The position numbers and the translations under genes are program-made. A DNA stretch of 62,355 bases from IMG/VR virus record IMGVR_UViG_3300009499_000010, positions 1-62,355 of that record. One strand, 5' to 3'. This document shows, piece by piece, positions 27,052 through 36,134 of this stretch; position 1 is the first letter of the stretch; every line of letters starts with the position of its first letter. Source of the DNA: a virus. Lineage: Duplodnaviria; Caudoviricetes. The notes beneath the pieces were generated by a model. It worked only from the letters and a program-made list of their open reading frames with translations, was not told the origin of the DNA and searched no databases.

Positions 27052-28629
27052 ATGGCAAAGCAGATGACAGCAATTCGATGTGGCAAAGAGTTCAGGCTTG
27101 CCATAGCTGTCCAGTCGAAAGAAGGAGTGGCAGCTCAGTCAGCCAACGTCTTGGAAACATTGTGGGCAACCAATGGCGGCTGGACAAGAGGTCGAACAAT
27201 TGAAGACATCGCCGGAAGTTATGGGACAATCGCAAAGCCGAAGCAAGGCAGAATCCCAATGGCCTTTGACCCACAAGTTACAGCAACAATCCTTCCCACT
27301 CGGAGAAGTCTGCCAGCGCTCCTTGCCACTCTCTACGGAGCAAGCGTCAGTAGGCAAGTGCAAGGGCAGATAGTTGAGACAGGCGATGTAGATGATGAGC
27401 TGGATAACTGGATTCTCAACGGAGCCATCCCAAAACACAACACAGACGTAAACAATAAACTCTACGTTGACCTGACAAATCCAAGCGGCACGACTTACAA
27501 GGTAGAGATATACAAGGACTCTGGCAAATTGAGCCTTGTAGCTTCAGGACAGAGAGATGCCGATGGGGCACTTAGCTTCACACAGGAAAACAATTCAGGA
27601 CTCTCCGGCAGCGTAGTAGTTGCTTGGACAGACGGCGAGAGCGTGGTGCTGGAAGTCAAACAGCTTGCATATGAACACTTAGCAAATACTTTCGACAAGT
27701 TTCTTACTATCTGGTGGGAAGATGGAAAGAAGACAAGACGGCTGGTTGATTGTGTCATAACAGAGATGAGCTTTGAGTCAATTGAGAAGAGTTCGCTGCG
27801 TGCCACCGTCTCAATCTATGGCAAAGAGTTGACTGACGACCTTGACCCTCTGCTCTTCACCGTCCCAACTCAATACGATGTCTATTGCCACAAGAGATTT
27901 GGCTTGACAGACATGCCTGGCTCGCAGATAGTAACAGAATCTGGCGATGTAGATGATGAGCTGGATAACTGGATATTTGCTGGCGTGGTCATGTATCAGA
28001 ACACAGACTCGCAGAGAAAGTTATATGCGGATTTGACTGATGCAGCTGGCACTCGTAAAGTTGAAGTGTACAAAGACTCTGCAAAGGCCGCAGCAGACAA
28101 AGTGGCTGAAGGGACAAAAGTTAGTGATGGAACTTTGGCACTTGTGGCAGTAAATGATTCTGGCCTGAGCGGTTCAGTTGATGTAACATACTCAGACGGA
28201 GAATCAGTCGTGTTGACTGTTGAGGACAATGTCGAGATGTCTGTGAGAAGTTTCATGTTTTCGATGACACACGAGTATGAAGGATTTCACGGCAACAGCA
28301 ACTATCCGCTCAAGCACGTCAAAGAAGCATTCTTGGCAGTGAAAGGGAATCTCAAAAGCAAGTACACTGACGAGATGGATGACTTTTTCAGACGCGCAGA
28401 CCAAGACCCAGTCGATGTCAAGGAACTTGAGGCCAAGTACAGTCTTGGAGATGAGTTTTTTGAAGTTGAGTTTCACGCAGTTGACTTTGAAGGGGAACCG
28501 CCAGCATTCACAGATGGGAAGTTTGATGATTTCGACAGCGACTTTGAAGCACTCGGAGAATCTACTGATGCTGGTGGAGTCATTGAACCGCTTGTCATGT
28601 GGTTGGACTTAGCTGATATGACTCCGTAA
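27052..28629 (+). CDS. Major tail tube protein with two inserted ~95-aa repeat domains
   Basis: Position before chaperones and tape measure; inserts at 27376-27657 and 27937-28221. Confidence 0.75.
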   Translation: MAKQMTAIRCGKEFRLAIAVQSKEGVAAQSANVLETLWATNGGWTRGRTIEDIAGSYGTIAKPKQGRIPMAFDPQVTATILPTRRSLPALLATLYGASVSRQVQGQIVETGDVDDELDNWILNGAIPKHNTDVNNKLYVDLTNPSGTTYKVEIYKDSGKLSLVASGQRDADGALSFTQENNSGLSGSVVVAWTDGESVVLEVKQLAYEHLANTFDKFLTIWWEDGKKTRRLVDCVITEMSFESIEKSSLRATVSIYGKELTDDLDPLLFTVPTQYDVYCHKRFGLTDMPGSQIVTESGDVDDELDNWIFAGVVMYQNTDSQRKLYADLTDAAGTRKVEVYKDSAKAAADKVAEGTKVSDGTLALVAVNDSGLSGSVDVTYSDGESVVLTVEDNVEMSVRSFMFSMTHEYEGFHGNSNYPLKHVKEAFLAVKGNLKSKYTDEMDDFFRRADQDPVDVKELEAKYSLGDEFFEVEFHAVDFEGEPPAFTDGKFDDFDSDFEALGESTDAGGVIEPLVMWLDLADMTP

Positions 28630-28651
28630 TGAGTCAAGGCAGAAGGGAGTA

Positions 28652-29110
28652 GTGATGATGGAAAACAATGTGTTCAAGTTTGAGGTTCCGGGCCAGGAAG
28701 TTACTCTGGTGCTGGAAAAATGCAAGGAAGGGGAGTTGACAGACTTTTCAATGCGCTATGCTGCGAAAGCAAAAGCCTTTGAAAGCCTGAAAGCAAAGGC
28801 AGCTCTGTTGGAATCAATGCCAGCTGAGAAGATTCCAGTTGATTATGGAGAGCGTCTGGAGCAATATACCCTTCAGCAAATGCGGCTGGCTCTTGAACTA
28901 CACAAGCTGATAACCAACACCATGAGAGGGAAGATTGTTAAGACTCTTGGTGGAGAGGAAGGGCTGGATGCGAGCACGCAGGAAGGTTGGGTCAAAGTTT
29001 TTAATGCCAAGGAAGGCCAGGGCATGCAGAATCTGACTTTGCTGGCGGCAGGATTCATCTCTGCACACTCGCCGGAAGAGATGATATTAAAAAACTCAGT
29101 GAGGGCATAG
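28652..29110 (+). CDS. Tail assembly chaperone (gpG-like)
   Basis: Between tube and tape measure; ends with slippery A AAA AAC. Confidence 0.75.
   Translation: MMMENNVFKFEVPGQEVTLVLEKCKEGELTDFSMRYAAKAKAFESLKAKAALLESMPAEKIPVDYGERLEQYTLQQMRLALELHKLITNTMRGKIVKTLGGEEGLDASTQEGWVKVFNAKEGQGMQNLTLLAAGFISAHSPEEMILKNSVRA
29089..29095 (+). promoter_or_regulatory. -1 programmed frameshift heptamer A AAA AAC
   Basis: The -1 frame from CTC 29095 is open for 13 codons into ATG 29134. Confidence 0.8.
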
Positions 29111-29133
29111 AAGTCCTGATTAATGGAACAACT

Positions 29134-29475
29134 ATGCCCGTTGAAAACTGCGAAGAATGCAGAAAATGGTTGATTGATGAAGAGACAGGTCATAAACTTA
29201 GAGAGCGCAAGCGTGGAGAGGAACCCCCGTGTGAGAATTGTGCAAGAGCATTTGACTGGGAGCCAGAGGCATTACTTGGCCTCAAGCTCGCAAACCAATG
29301 TCTTGACTTACAGACTCTTTCACTCAGGCAACTCCCAGACACCGGTGGCATACGTGACCAGAATCCGAGATTGCTTATGCTGATAGAGGTTGTGCGGCAT
29401 CATCTTGGGGAGAAGAAGAAAAAGGAAGAAGATAAAGTTGAGAAGCAGATTCAAGACTTGGCAAAGAAGAGGTAG
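29134..29475 (+). CDS. Tail chaperone extension (gpT-like), probably made by frameshift
   Basis: In the -1 frame of the upstream gene; no clear RBS; LPxxGGxxDQ motif. Confidence 0.7.
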   Translation: MPVENCEECRKWLIDEETGHKLRERKRGEEPPCENCARAFDWEPEALLGLKLANQCLDLQTLSLRQLPDTGGIRDQNPRLLMLIEVVRHHLGEKKKKEEDKVEKQIQDLAKKR

Positions 29476-29477
29476 CA

Positions 29478-30854
29478 ATGGCTGAAGAAGTTTCCATTCA
29501 TTTTAAGGCAACAGGGGTTGGGGCAACCTCAGGCGCTTTTTTGGCTATCAAAGATGAATTGACAGGACTCGCCAAGGCACCAATCAAAGCTACAAAAGAA
29601 TCCGCAAAAGCTACATCTTCTCTTGCTTCCCAATGGGGCAATCTTGGAAACGTTATTACAGGCGTCAACGCAGCAATGAGTCTTTTCGACAGAACTATTG
29701 GGAGAGTGATAAGGGGTCTTTGGGGTTTGGCAGCTGCTGGTGGCGCAGAGATTGGAGTGGCGCAAGCGTTCAGAGGTTTAACTGAAGCAGCCGGAGAGAG
29801 CGCAGATGTAATGCTTACAAAGGTAAGAGCTGCTTTGGATGGGACAGTTGATGACCTTACGATTATGCGGAATATCAACTTTGCTCTCCAACTCGGATTG
29901 CCAGGCACCGGAGAGGAGATGGCAGAGCTTGCCGATTCAGCGCAGAGACTCGGAAGGGCAGTTGGTCGTGGCCCTGTCATGGCCCTTCAGGATTTGGTCA
30001 TTGGCATTGGCCGCCAATCAAGAATGATTCTTGACAACCTTGGCTTGTTGGTTGACACAGAAAAGGCATATGAAACATATGCGAAGACACTGGGCAAGAC
30101 AGTTGAGGATTTGACTGATGCAGAAAAGAAGCAAGGATTTTACAATGCTACGATGGAATCAGCTCGTGAGAAGGTTAAGAAGATTGGCGAAGAGCAGTTG
30201 ACTGCCACAGACCATTTGTCGAGAGTTACAGCAGCTTGGGCAAACTTCAAGAGCGCAATTGCCAAAATGATTGCAACATCTCCGGCGCTCACTGCCTTCA
30301 CAGACACTATCATCGGGAAGTTACAAGAAATTGCGCAATGGGCAGAGACAAACCAAGAAGCTGTCACTGGTTTCATATCAGATGCAATAAATTTCCTGAA
30401 GGATTTAACAGATGTGTTATTGGCTGCGGTTATTCCGGCATTGAAGGTTCTGATGGCTGTTGCCAAGGTTGCTATGACAGTAATTACTCCTCTCCTGAAG
30501 GCAGCTGCTTGGATTGTCGAGTCCATCGGTGCTCCAGGAGTTGGTGCGGTGCTTGGAGGAGTAATTGGTGGGCTCACAGGCGGGCCCATTGGCGCAGCAC
30601 TTGGAGCTGGTGCTGGTCTTGCTGCTGGATTGGCTGGTGGTGGAGCTGCACCAATCGAAGCAGTAGTCAATGTTGAGCCAGTTATTAATGTGGCAGTTCA
30701 ACAGACCGGGATTGCAACCAAGGAAGCAGTTGACAAAGCATTTGATGATGCCAAAGAAGCCACATTTGCAAGGCTATCTGAAATAGATACTGTGCTTGAA
30801 AGTAACGCAGCCAAGCTTGACCAGGAAATTAAGAATAGGCTTTACAGACGATAG
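29478..30854 (+). CDS. Tape measure protein (short, 458 aa)
   Basis: Ala/Gly-rich helical; GIGRQSRMILDNLG tape-measure motif; glycine-zipper segment. Confidence 0.85.
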   Translation: MAEEVSIHFKATGVGATSGAFLAIKDELTGLAKAPIKATKESAKATSSLASQWGNLGNVITGVNAAMSLFDRTIGRVIRGLWGLAAAGGAEIGVAQAFRGLTEAAGESADVMLTKVRAALDGTVDDLTIMRNINFALQLGLPGTGEEMAELADSAQRLGRAVGRGPVMALQDLVIGIGRQSRMILDNLGLLVDTEKAYETYAKTLGKTVEDLTDAEKKQGFYNATMESAREKVKKIGEEQLTATDHLSRVTAAWANFKSAIAKMIATSPALTAFTDTIIGKLQEIAQWAETNQEAVTGFISDAINFLKDLTDVLLAAVIPALKVLMAVAKVAMTVITPLLKAAAWIVESIGAPGVGAVLGGVIGGLTGGPIGAALGAGAGLAAGLAGGGAAPIEAVVNVEPVINVAVQQTGIATKEAVDKAFDDAKEATFARLSEIDTVLESNAAKLDQEIKNRLYRR

Positions 30855-30863
30855 GAGGCAGTA

Positions 30864-32333
30864 ATGGCGATTGATTACACGACCATCTTTGAGAGGTTGG
30901 GCTGGTTTCTTGGCACAAGAAGGCGAGTGAACTATTTGGCTGAGGTTATGGCCTTGTATGCAAGCAAGGTGTGGACAATCCTCAGTGGCGCAGAGATGTC
31001 CAATTGGGCTTTCACTGGGGTCAAGCGTGGAGCGAACACTGACGTTGACGGGAAGCTCTATGCGGAGCTGGTTGATTTGGGGGCACCTGGTGGGCCTTAT
31101 CAAGTTGAGGTGTTCAAGGACGCTGCCAAAGCTCCGGGTGACCTTGTGGCCAGTGGCCAGATAGTTGCGACCAGCGGCACAATCGGCCTCACTGAGAAAA
31201 ACAATTCCGGGCTAACAGGCTCTGTAGATATTGTATGGACAATTGACGACACAACCTGCGAGCTGATTCTTGACATTGCCTGGCCACGTCAAACAGATAG
31301 CTGGCTCAAAGATAATTCAGACAAAGACAGGGCAGATGCGCAGAGCGACCTTGACACAGGAACACAAAACATCCTTGAGGGCATTTCGGCAACTTTGAGC
31401 GGAATCAACAGCAGCATGCTCAGCAATATGGATTCTAACTTCTGGCTGGTTTTGGTTGCTATCCTAATAGATAGCGGCGAAGCAGGCGTTTGGACTCCTA
31501 CAGAAACAGTCCAGGCTGGTGGTGAAGTTGTTGTATCTAAGTCAGGTGTGTTGCAAGATTTGATTGATTTCATGATAGATGACGTTGAAAGCGTTCAAGA
31601 GAACGCAGTGACTTTCCCTGCTCTATCAGGAGTAGCATCGCCAGTAGGAAGTTTTGCCCAAACGAGCAGAGTTGCTTATCCGTATGTGCGCAACGAAAAA
31701 ATAAAATTGCGTTGCGTCAAGACCATAACAGGCACTTTGGAAGAGTTTGAGTTGACTGGCGGTCTAACTGGCGCAGCACCTAACAGGTTGCGTCTTGGAG
31801 CTACTTTCAGAAGTTTGGATTTGGGGGTTGAGCTACTTCTGGAGCGAGATTTGACCACCACAAGTACAGCTCTTACGAATATTGTCTTGACTGGCGAAAG
31901 CAGTGCCAACATCAGCAGTGAAGGCAAGTTGTACACCAGGCTTACCAACCCAACAGGCACAACTCTTCTCTTAGAGGTATTCACGCACAGCAGTCGCACG
32001 GAAGAGTTCAAAGTTGCTGAGGGGCAGAGGGATGGCAACGGAGTAATAGTTGCTACTGCTTATGGCGCCTTTGGAGGGAGCCTGCGAATCCAAGCTGATG
32101 TAGCCTATGTAGGTGACGAAGATGCGGAGATGAATCTTCAGATTTCGCAGCTCAATGATGTTTGGGAAAGTACCCTCACCAACGATGAAGCGGGAATCTT
32201 CCAAACGATGATAGGCCGAATATACTCAGGTGCGGCATTCCCAGATGACGCTGTCCCAACTATTGATGAAAGGACAGCGCGAATTGTAATTGATGAGATA
32301 ATTAAGAGAGACGGCTGGGAGGGCCAGGAGTAG
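30864..32333 (+). CDS. Tail-tip protein with two copies of the ~95-aa repeat domain
   Basis: NTDVDGKLY...NNSGLTGSVD (about 30993-31240) and degenerate GKLYTRLTNPTGT...KVAEGQRDG (about 31872-32108). Confidence 0.7.
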   Translation: MAIDYTTIFERLGWFLGTRRRVNYLAEVMALYASKVWTILSGAEMSNWAFTGVKRGANTDVDGKLYAELVDLGAPGGPYQVEVFKDAAKAPGDLVASGQIVATSGTIGLTEKNNSGLTGSVDIVWTIDDTTCELILDIAWPRQTDSWLKDNSDKDRADAQSDLDTGTQNILEGISATLSGINSSMLSNMDSNFWLVLVAILIDSGEAGVWTPTETVQAGGEVVVSKSGVLQDLIDFMIDDVESVQENAVTFPALSGVASPVGSFAQTSRVAYPYVRNEKIKLRCVKTITGTLEEFELTGGLTGAAPNRLRLGATFRSLDLGVELLLERDLTTTSTALTNIVLTGESSANISSEGKLYTRLTNPTGTTLLLEVFTHSSRTEEFKVAEGQRDGNGVIVATAYGAFGGSLRIQADVAYVGDEDAEMNLQISQLNDVWESTLTNDEAGIFQTMIGRIYSGAAFPDDAVPTIDERTARIVIDEIIKRDGWEGQE

Positions 32334-32337
32334 AGTA

Positions 32338-33510
32338 ATGGATAAGATTCGCATAAGTAAAGCGGGGCAAATATTTGAGTTTGGCGTCCTGCCAGGAAGG
32401 CCAAATCCATTAACCAACCCGCAAAGAGAGTATGTCTATGATGGCGCTGGCAAGATTATGCGAGTTGTCGAGCGTATAAGCCTTGATTGCTGGTTTGTTG
32501 CAGAGCCAACAGAGATTTGGAACGAGTTTGATGCAATTAAGGAACACTTAGAATATGGGTTGATGGATTTTTACTACATCCGAGACACAACCACTGTGTT
32601 GGAGTTGAAACGTTCTGACCATGTTGCTTCTCCAAGGTTTGAGAACATAATCCCAACTGGCACGCCTGGGACTCTGGCCAACCATATTCATTTCAGGATA
32701 GATGTTGTTGCAGAGCGTGGAACAGTCAAAGGCGAGGGATATGGCGCGCCAGTAATTGATGTTAATAGAGCAACGGATTTGATTCAAGAAGATGGCCCAG
32801 GTGGCACAAGAGAAGAGAAAGTTGCGACAGTCAGAGGCCACAAAGAAGCAGCGCTCACAATAATTGACGCCTATATACTTGCACCAGAAGAGACCACTGA
32901 GGATGAGCTACAGAGTATCAAGTACACACACGAGCCAGACCAAAACCGCTGGACTGGTAGGGCTGTGTATGGGAAGAAGACAACTAACCAACCAGGCGGT
33001 GGCTCAGTCGAGACTTGGACAGAAACAATTAGCGTATCAGGTGGTGGACAGGTGCTTAACTTCTTTCCACGCACAGCTGGGTTACTTCCTCTTGAGATGT
33101 ATGGCAAGATACGACCTTTTGTGATAGTTGTAACTGGTGAGATGGAAGGCCCACTTATCCAAGGCCTGAAAATTCCTTCCAGGCCTGGTATGGGAGCGAC
33201 AGCTTTAAGCGGGCCAAGGTCGAAAACACGCAACTCATCTACAAGCAAGGAAAAATTGCGCAAACTTGGGAAGAGTGGAGCAACAGAATTTGACATCGCT
33301 GTTTCCCGCACGCATCCAGATGGCAGCCCACGCACATTCCGATTGCGATACAAGGAAATTTACAAAAGAGCTTTGTACGAGGAGCAGATAATCCCAACCA
33401 TCGGAGCAGATTATTTGCTTGCGACGATACTGGACATTGCGAAGGGCACTCCAGTCTTTCCGTCATCCTTAGTTGGGCCAAAGGGAAGATTCCTCAACCC
33501 ATGGAGATAA
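32338..33510 (+). CDS. Putative tail-tip (distal tail-like) protein
   Basis: Position; beta-rich; no diagnostic motif. Confidence 0.5.
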   Translation: MDKIRISKAGQIFEFGVLPGRPNPLTNPQREYVYDGAGKIMRVVERISLDCWFVAEPTEIWNEFDAIKEHLEYGLMDFYYIRDTTTVLELKRSDHVASPRFENIIPTGTPGTLANHIHFRIDVVAERGTVKGEGYGAPVIDVNRATDLIQEDGPGGTREEKVATVRGHKEAALTIIDAYILAPEETTEDELQSIKYTHEPDQNRWTGRAVYGKKTTNQPGGGSVETWTETISVSGGGQVLNFFPRTAGLLPLEMYGKIRPFVIVVTGEMEGPLIQGLKIPSRPGMGATALSGPRSKTRNSSTSKEKLRKLGKSGATEFDIAVSRTHPDGSPRTFRLRYKEIYKRALYEEQIIPTIGADYLLATILDIAKGTPVFPSSLVGPKGRFLNPWR

Positions 33511-33514
33511 GATA

Positions 33515-36133
33515 ATGCCGCCAGGGCAAACAGAAACACCTGACAAAGTGAAGGAATACTATCTGAAGGGAGAAGGCCCACCCACTGAGATAGATGCTGT
33601 TCCAAAGCGCACCAACATTGCAATTCTCTTTCAAGGCTTCACTTGCGCATCTGCCAGATTCTCCAAGAGCCTTGGTGTAAGGCCGGACAGAGGAGAAGTG
33701 ACCTTGGCAAAGGAAGAAGTTGGTGCCGTTGCCTTCGCAGCAGAAGCAATTGAGAAAGCTGAGAGGCCACTATCTGGAACTTTACAAGGACAGTTTTCAA
33801 CGACAGCAAGGTTAGTTGGCGAGGCTGCTGTGAAGGGAGTTGGGTTTGGCCTTCCTGGCTATCTGCATTTGCGCAGCCCTTATGGTTCGTTCAGTTATGG
33901 GCCTTTGTTTGTTGACCTTCAAGGAATCAAAGAAATTCAAGAATCTGAAAAACGAGAAGGTCTGGAAATTGGCCAGCCGATGGCGAAGGAGAAAGCACAA
34001 GCGAGCCTTGAGCCACCATCAGAGCAATCCAGTATGCGAGTTGATATAGTTGACGAGCGAATTTGGTGGCAGTATCGTGGCGTTGTAAATGGACGATTCA
34101 ATATCACTCGGAACGTAGAAGGTCAAGGCTTGCTGTTATTTGGCATCAAATATGAACGTCGCACGATTCGCATCGAGAGGGGCAGGCCTTACAGCTTGAT
34201 TGAGTTGATTCAATATTGCGTAGCCAACTTGCCGCCACGGGAGTATATAGAAGAAGGAGAGAGTGGGAAGGCAAAGCGATTGTATGAAGCCCCTGGATTT
34301 TTTGACCCGGAAGCTGGTGGTGATGGAGTATTATTGCCGCCACGCAAGGTGATTTATTGGCCAAAAAAACTGGAGCAGGAGTTCCCAATAGATGTGGTAT
34401 GGGATGGAGAGAATGCAGCTGACTCTCTGGCCAAGCTCCTTGGTGATTACAACCTGTATCTTAGCTTGCGCTATGATGGCGATGTAGATATTTTTTACCA
34501 AGACCAAGAAGGCGCATACGACCCAGCATTTGAGTTATGGAATCTCAGAGGTGACCGTAAAGTTGGGCAATCATTCAATTTCAAACCACCAGCTGCGATG
34601 GTAGTTGGCAATCCGATTGTGCGTGAGACAACAATACGAGATTGGGTGCCAGTTATTCAATGGGGGAAGGAGCCAAGCGGCAAATTCAGAGAAGGCCAGA
34701 TTGTGCCGTTGAGAGTTGCTTTGCGTGAATGGGCTTATCTGGAAGGTAAGCTGCGCATGCAGATTCTGAACAACTTCGACGGGAAAGATGGCAAGATGTT
34801 TGACGACATGTTGCCGAGTTCCTACAAAGAGGAGCGCAAGAAGATTCTCAAGACCTGTGCATTCAAATGGTTCCAAGCAGCTGGCTGGAAAAATTATGTC
34901 CCAATTAGGAAAACACGCGTGGTGCTGGATGCTAAGACAAATGAACTGTACGATGTTCCTCTGCGGGTATATGGCACTTGGCACGAAGCTAAGAAGGAGA
35001 AAGACAAATTCAAAGGTTTGTTCAGGAATGTGCTGTATGAGGATGCTGGCGACCTTCTTGCTGGGATAGATGAAAAACATTTGATTTTGAAGTTCAAACA
35101 GCCGATGGGCATAGTTGCGACGAACCCAAATGCTCTTGAGGATGAGGATTTGATTGAGCGGGCCAAAGCTGCTGGGAAGAGTATGAGTGCGGCGATGGCA
35201 GAATGGAATAGGTTGTTGGAATACGATGTGACTTTGCAAGACGCCAAACTTGCCACTCAAGAGATTGCTGCACCGCCAGAGGATGAACCCATAACACTTT
35301 CGCCAGAAGTAAACAAATTGATTGACGAAGAGTTGCAGGGAATTTGGGAAGAGAAACTGAGCAATGAAGACCGCATCGCTCGCAACGATGATTTGACGAG
35401 GTTTATCAAAAGAGCAAAGTCAGAGGAAGTTATAAACCAGTTGGCAAGGATACTTGCTATTCAGAAAGCACGCACAAAAGTTGGGCCAGCACTTGCAGCT
35501 TTGCGTAAGCACAAGGAAGGTCTAATTGATGACACAAGTATCACCGCTTTGCATCAATGTAGATTCTACCCGCCTTTGCTTGAGCTTTCTTTCATGTACG
35601 ATGTAAAAGATGACCGCACACATAATCTTGTTTCTGCGTTGGTAGATGGCCTGCTTGGCGAATGGGGCGGTGAGCCAGTTGGCAAATTTCTCGCAGGCCA
35701 AAGAGTTGACCATCCTGGCTTTGAGCCTTGGGAGATAGTTCAGGCCAGCAACCGCTACACTTTCTATGTTGGGGAAGGTTGCCCTGAAGTTGTTCAATCT
35801 GATATCACTTTCTATGATGCACGAGCATGGAACAATCTGGAAAGTTGCAATGCCAAAGCAGCAGAGATGATTCAAAGACGATATGATGCTTTGGGTTTCC
35901 GGGCCATGGAAGACAGAGTGTTTGGGGGCTTTCATCCTGTGCCAACAAGCGGGTTGATAACTCACATCGCATGGGATAGTCAGGGAGAACTTGCGACAAC
36001 ACAGGTGAAGTATGGAGACTTTGTAGAAGGATTTGGCAACAGGCCTGGCATAGACTGGAAGGAGTTTAAGCGTGGGCCAGTGACACGAGCTGGTGCAGGC
36101 TTCATAAGAGTAAGAACAGAAATAGAAGGATAA
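33515..36133 (+). CDS. Putative baseplate hub / tail-tip protein
   Basis: Large ORF after tape measure; WDGENAADSLAKLL...DGDVDI resembles hub proteins; ATG 33515 preferred. Confidence 0.55.
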   Translation: MPPGQTETPDKVKEYYLKGEGPPTEIDAVPKRTNIAILFQGFTCASARFSKSLGVRPDRGEVTLAKEEVGAVAFAAEAIEKAERPLSGTLQGQFSTTARLVGEAAVKGVGFGLPGYLHLRSPYGSFSYGPLFVDLQGIKEIQESEKREGLEIGQPMAKEKAQASLEPPSEQSSMRVDIVDERIWWQYRGVVNGRFNITRNVEGQGLLLFGIKYERRTIRIERGRPYSLIELIQYCVANLPPREYIEEGESGKAKRLYEAPGFFDPEAGGDGVLLPPRKVIYWPKKLEQEFPIDVVWDGENAADSLAKLLGDYNLYLSLRYDGDVDIFYQDQEGAYDPAFELWNLRGDRKVGQSFNFKPPAAMVVGNPIVRETTIRDWVPVIQWGKEPSGKFREGQIVPLRVALREWAYLEGKLRMQILNNFDGKDGKMFDDMLPSSYKEERKKILKTCAFKWFQAAGWKNYVPIRKTRVVLDAKTNELYDVPLRVYGTWHEAKKEKDKFKGLFRNVLYEDAGDLLAGIDEKHLILKFKQPMGIVATNPNALEDEDLIERAKAAGKSMSAAMAEWNRLLEYDVTLQDAKLATQEIAAPPEDEPITLSPEVNKLIDEELQGIWEEKLSNEDRIARNDDLTRFIKRAKSEEVINQLARILAIQKARTKVGPALAALRKHKEGLIDDTSITALHQCRFYPPLLELSFMYDVKDDRTHNLVSALVDGLLGEWGGEPVGKFLAGQRVDHPGFEPWEIVQASNRYTFYVGEGCPEVVQSDITFYDARAWNNLESCNAKAAEMIQRRYDALGFRAMEDRVFGGFHPVPTSGLITHIAWDSQGELATTQVKYGDFVEGFGNRPGIDWKEFKRGPVTRAGAGFIRVRTEIEG

Positions 36134-36134
36134 C

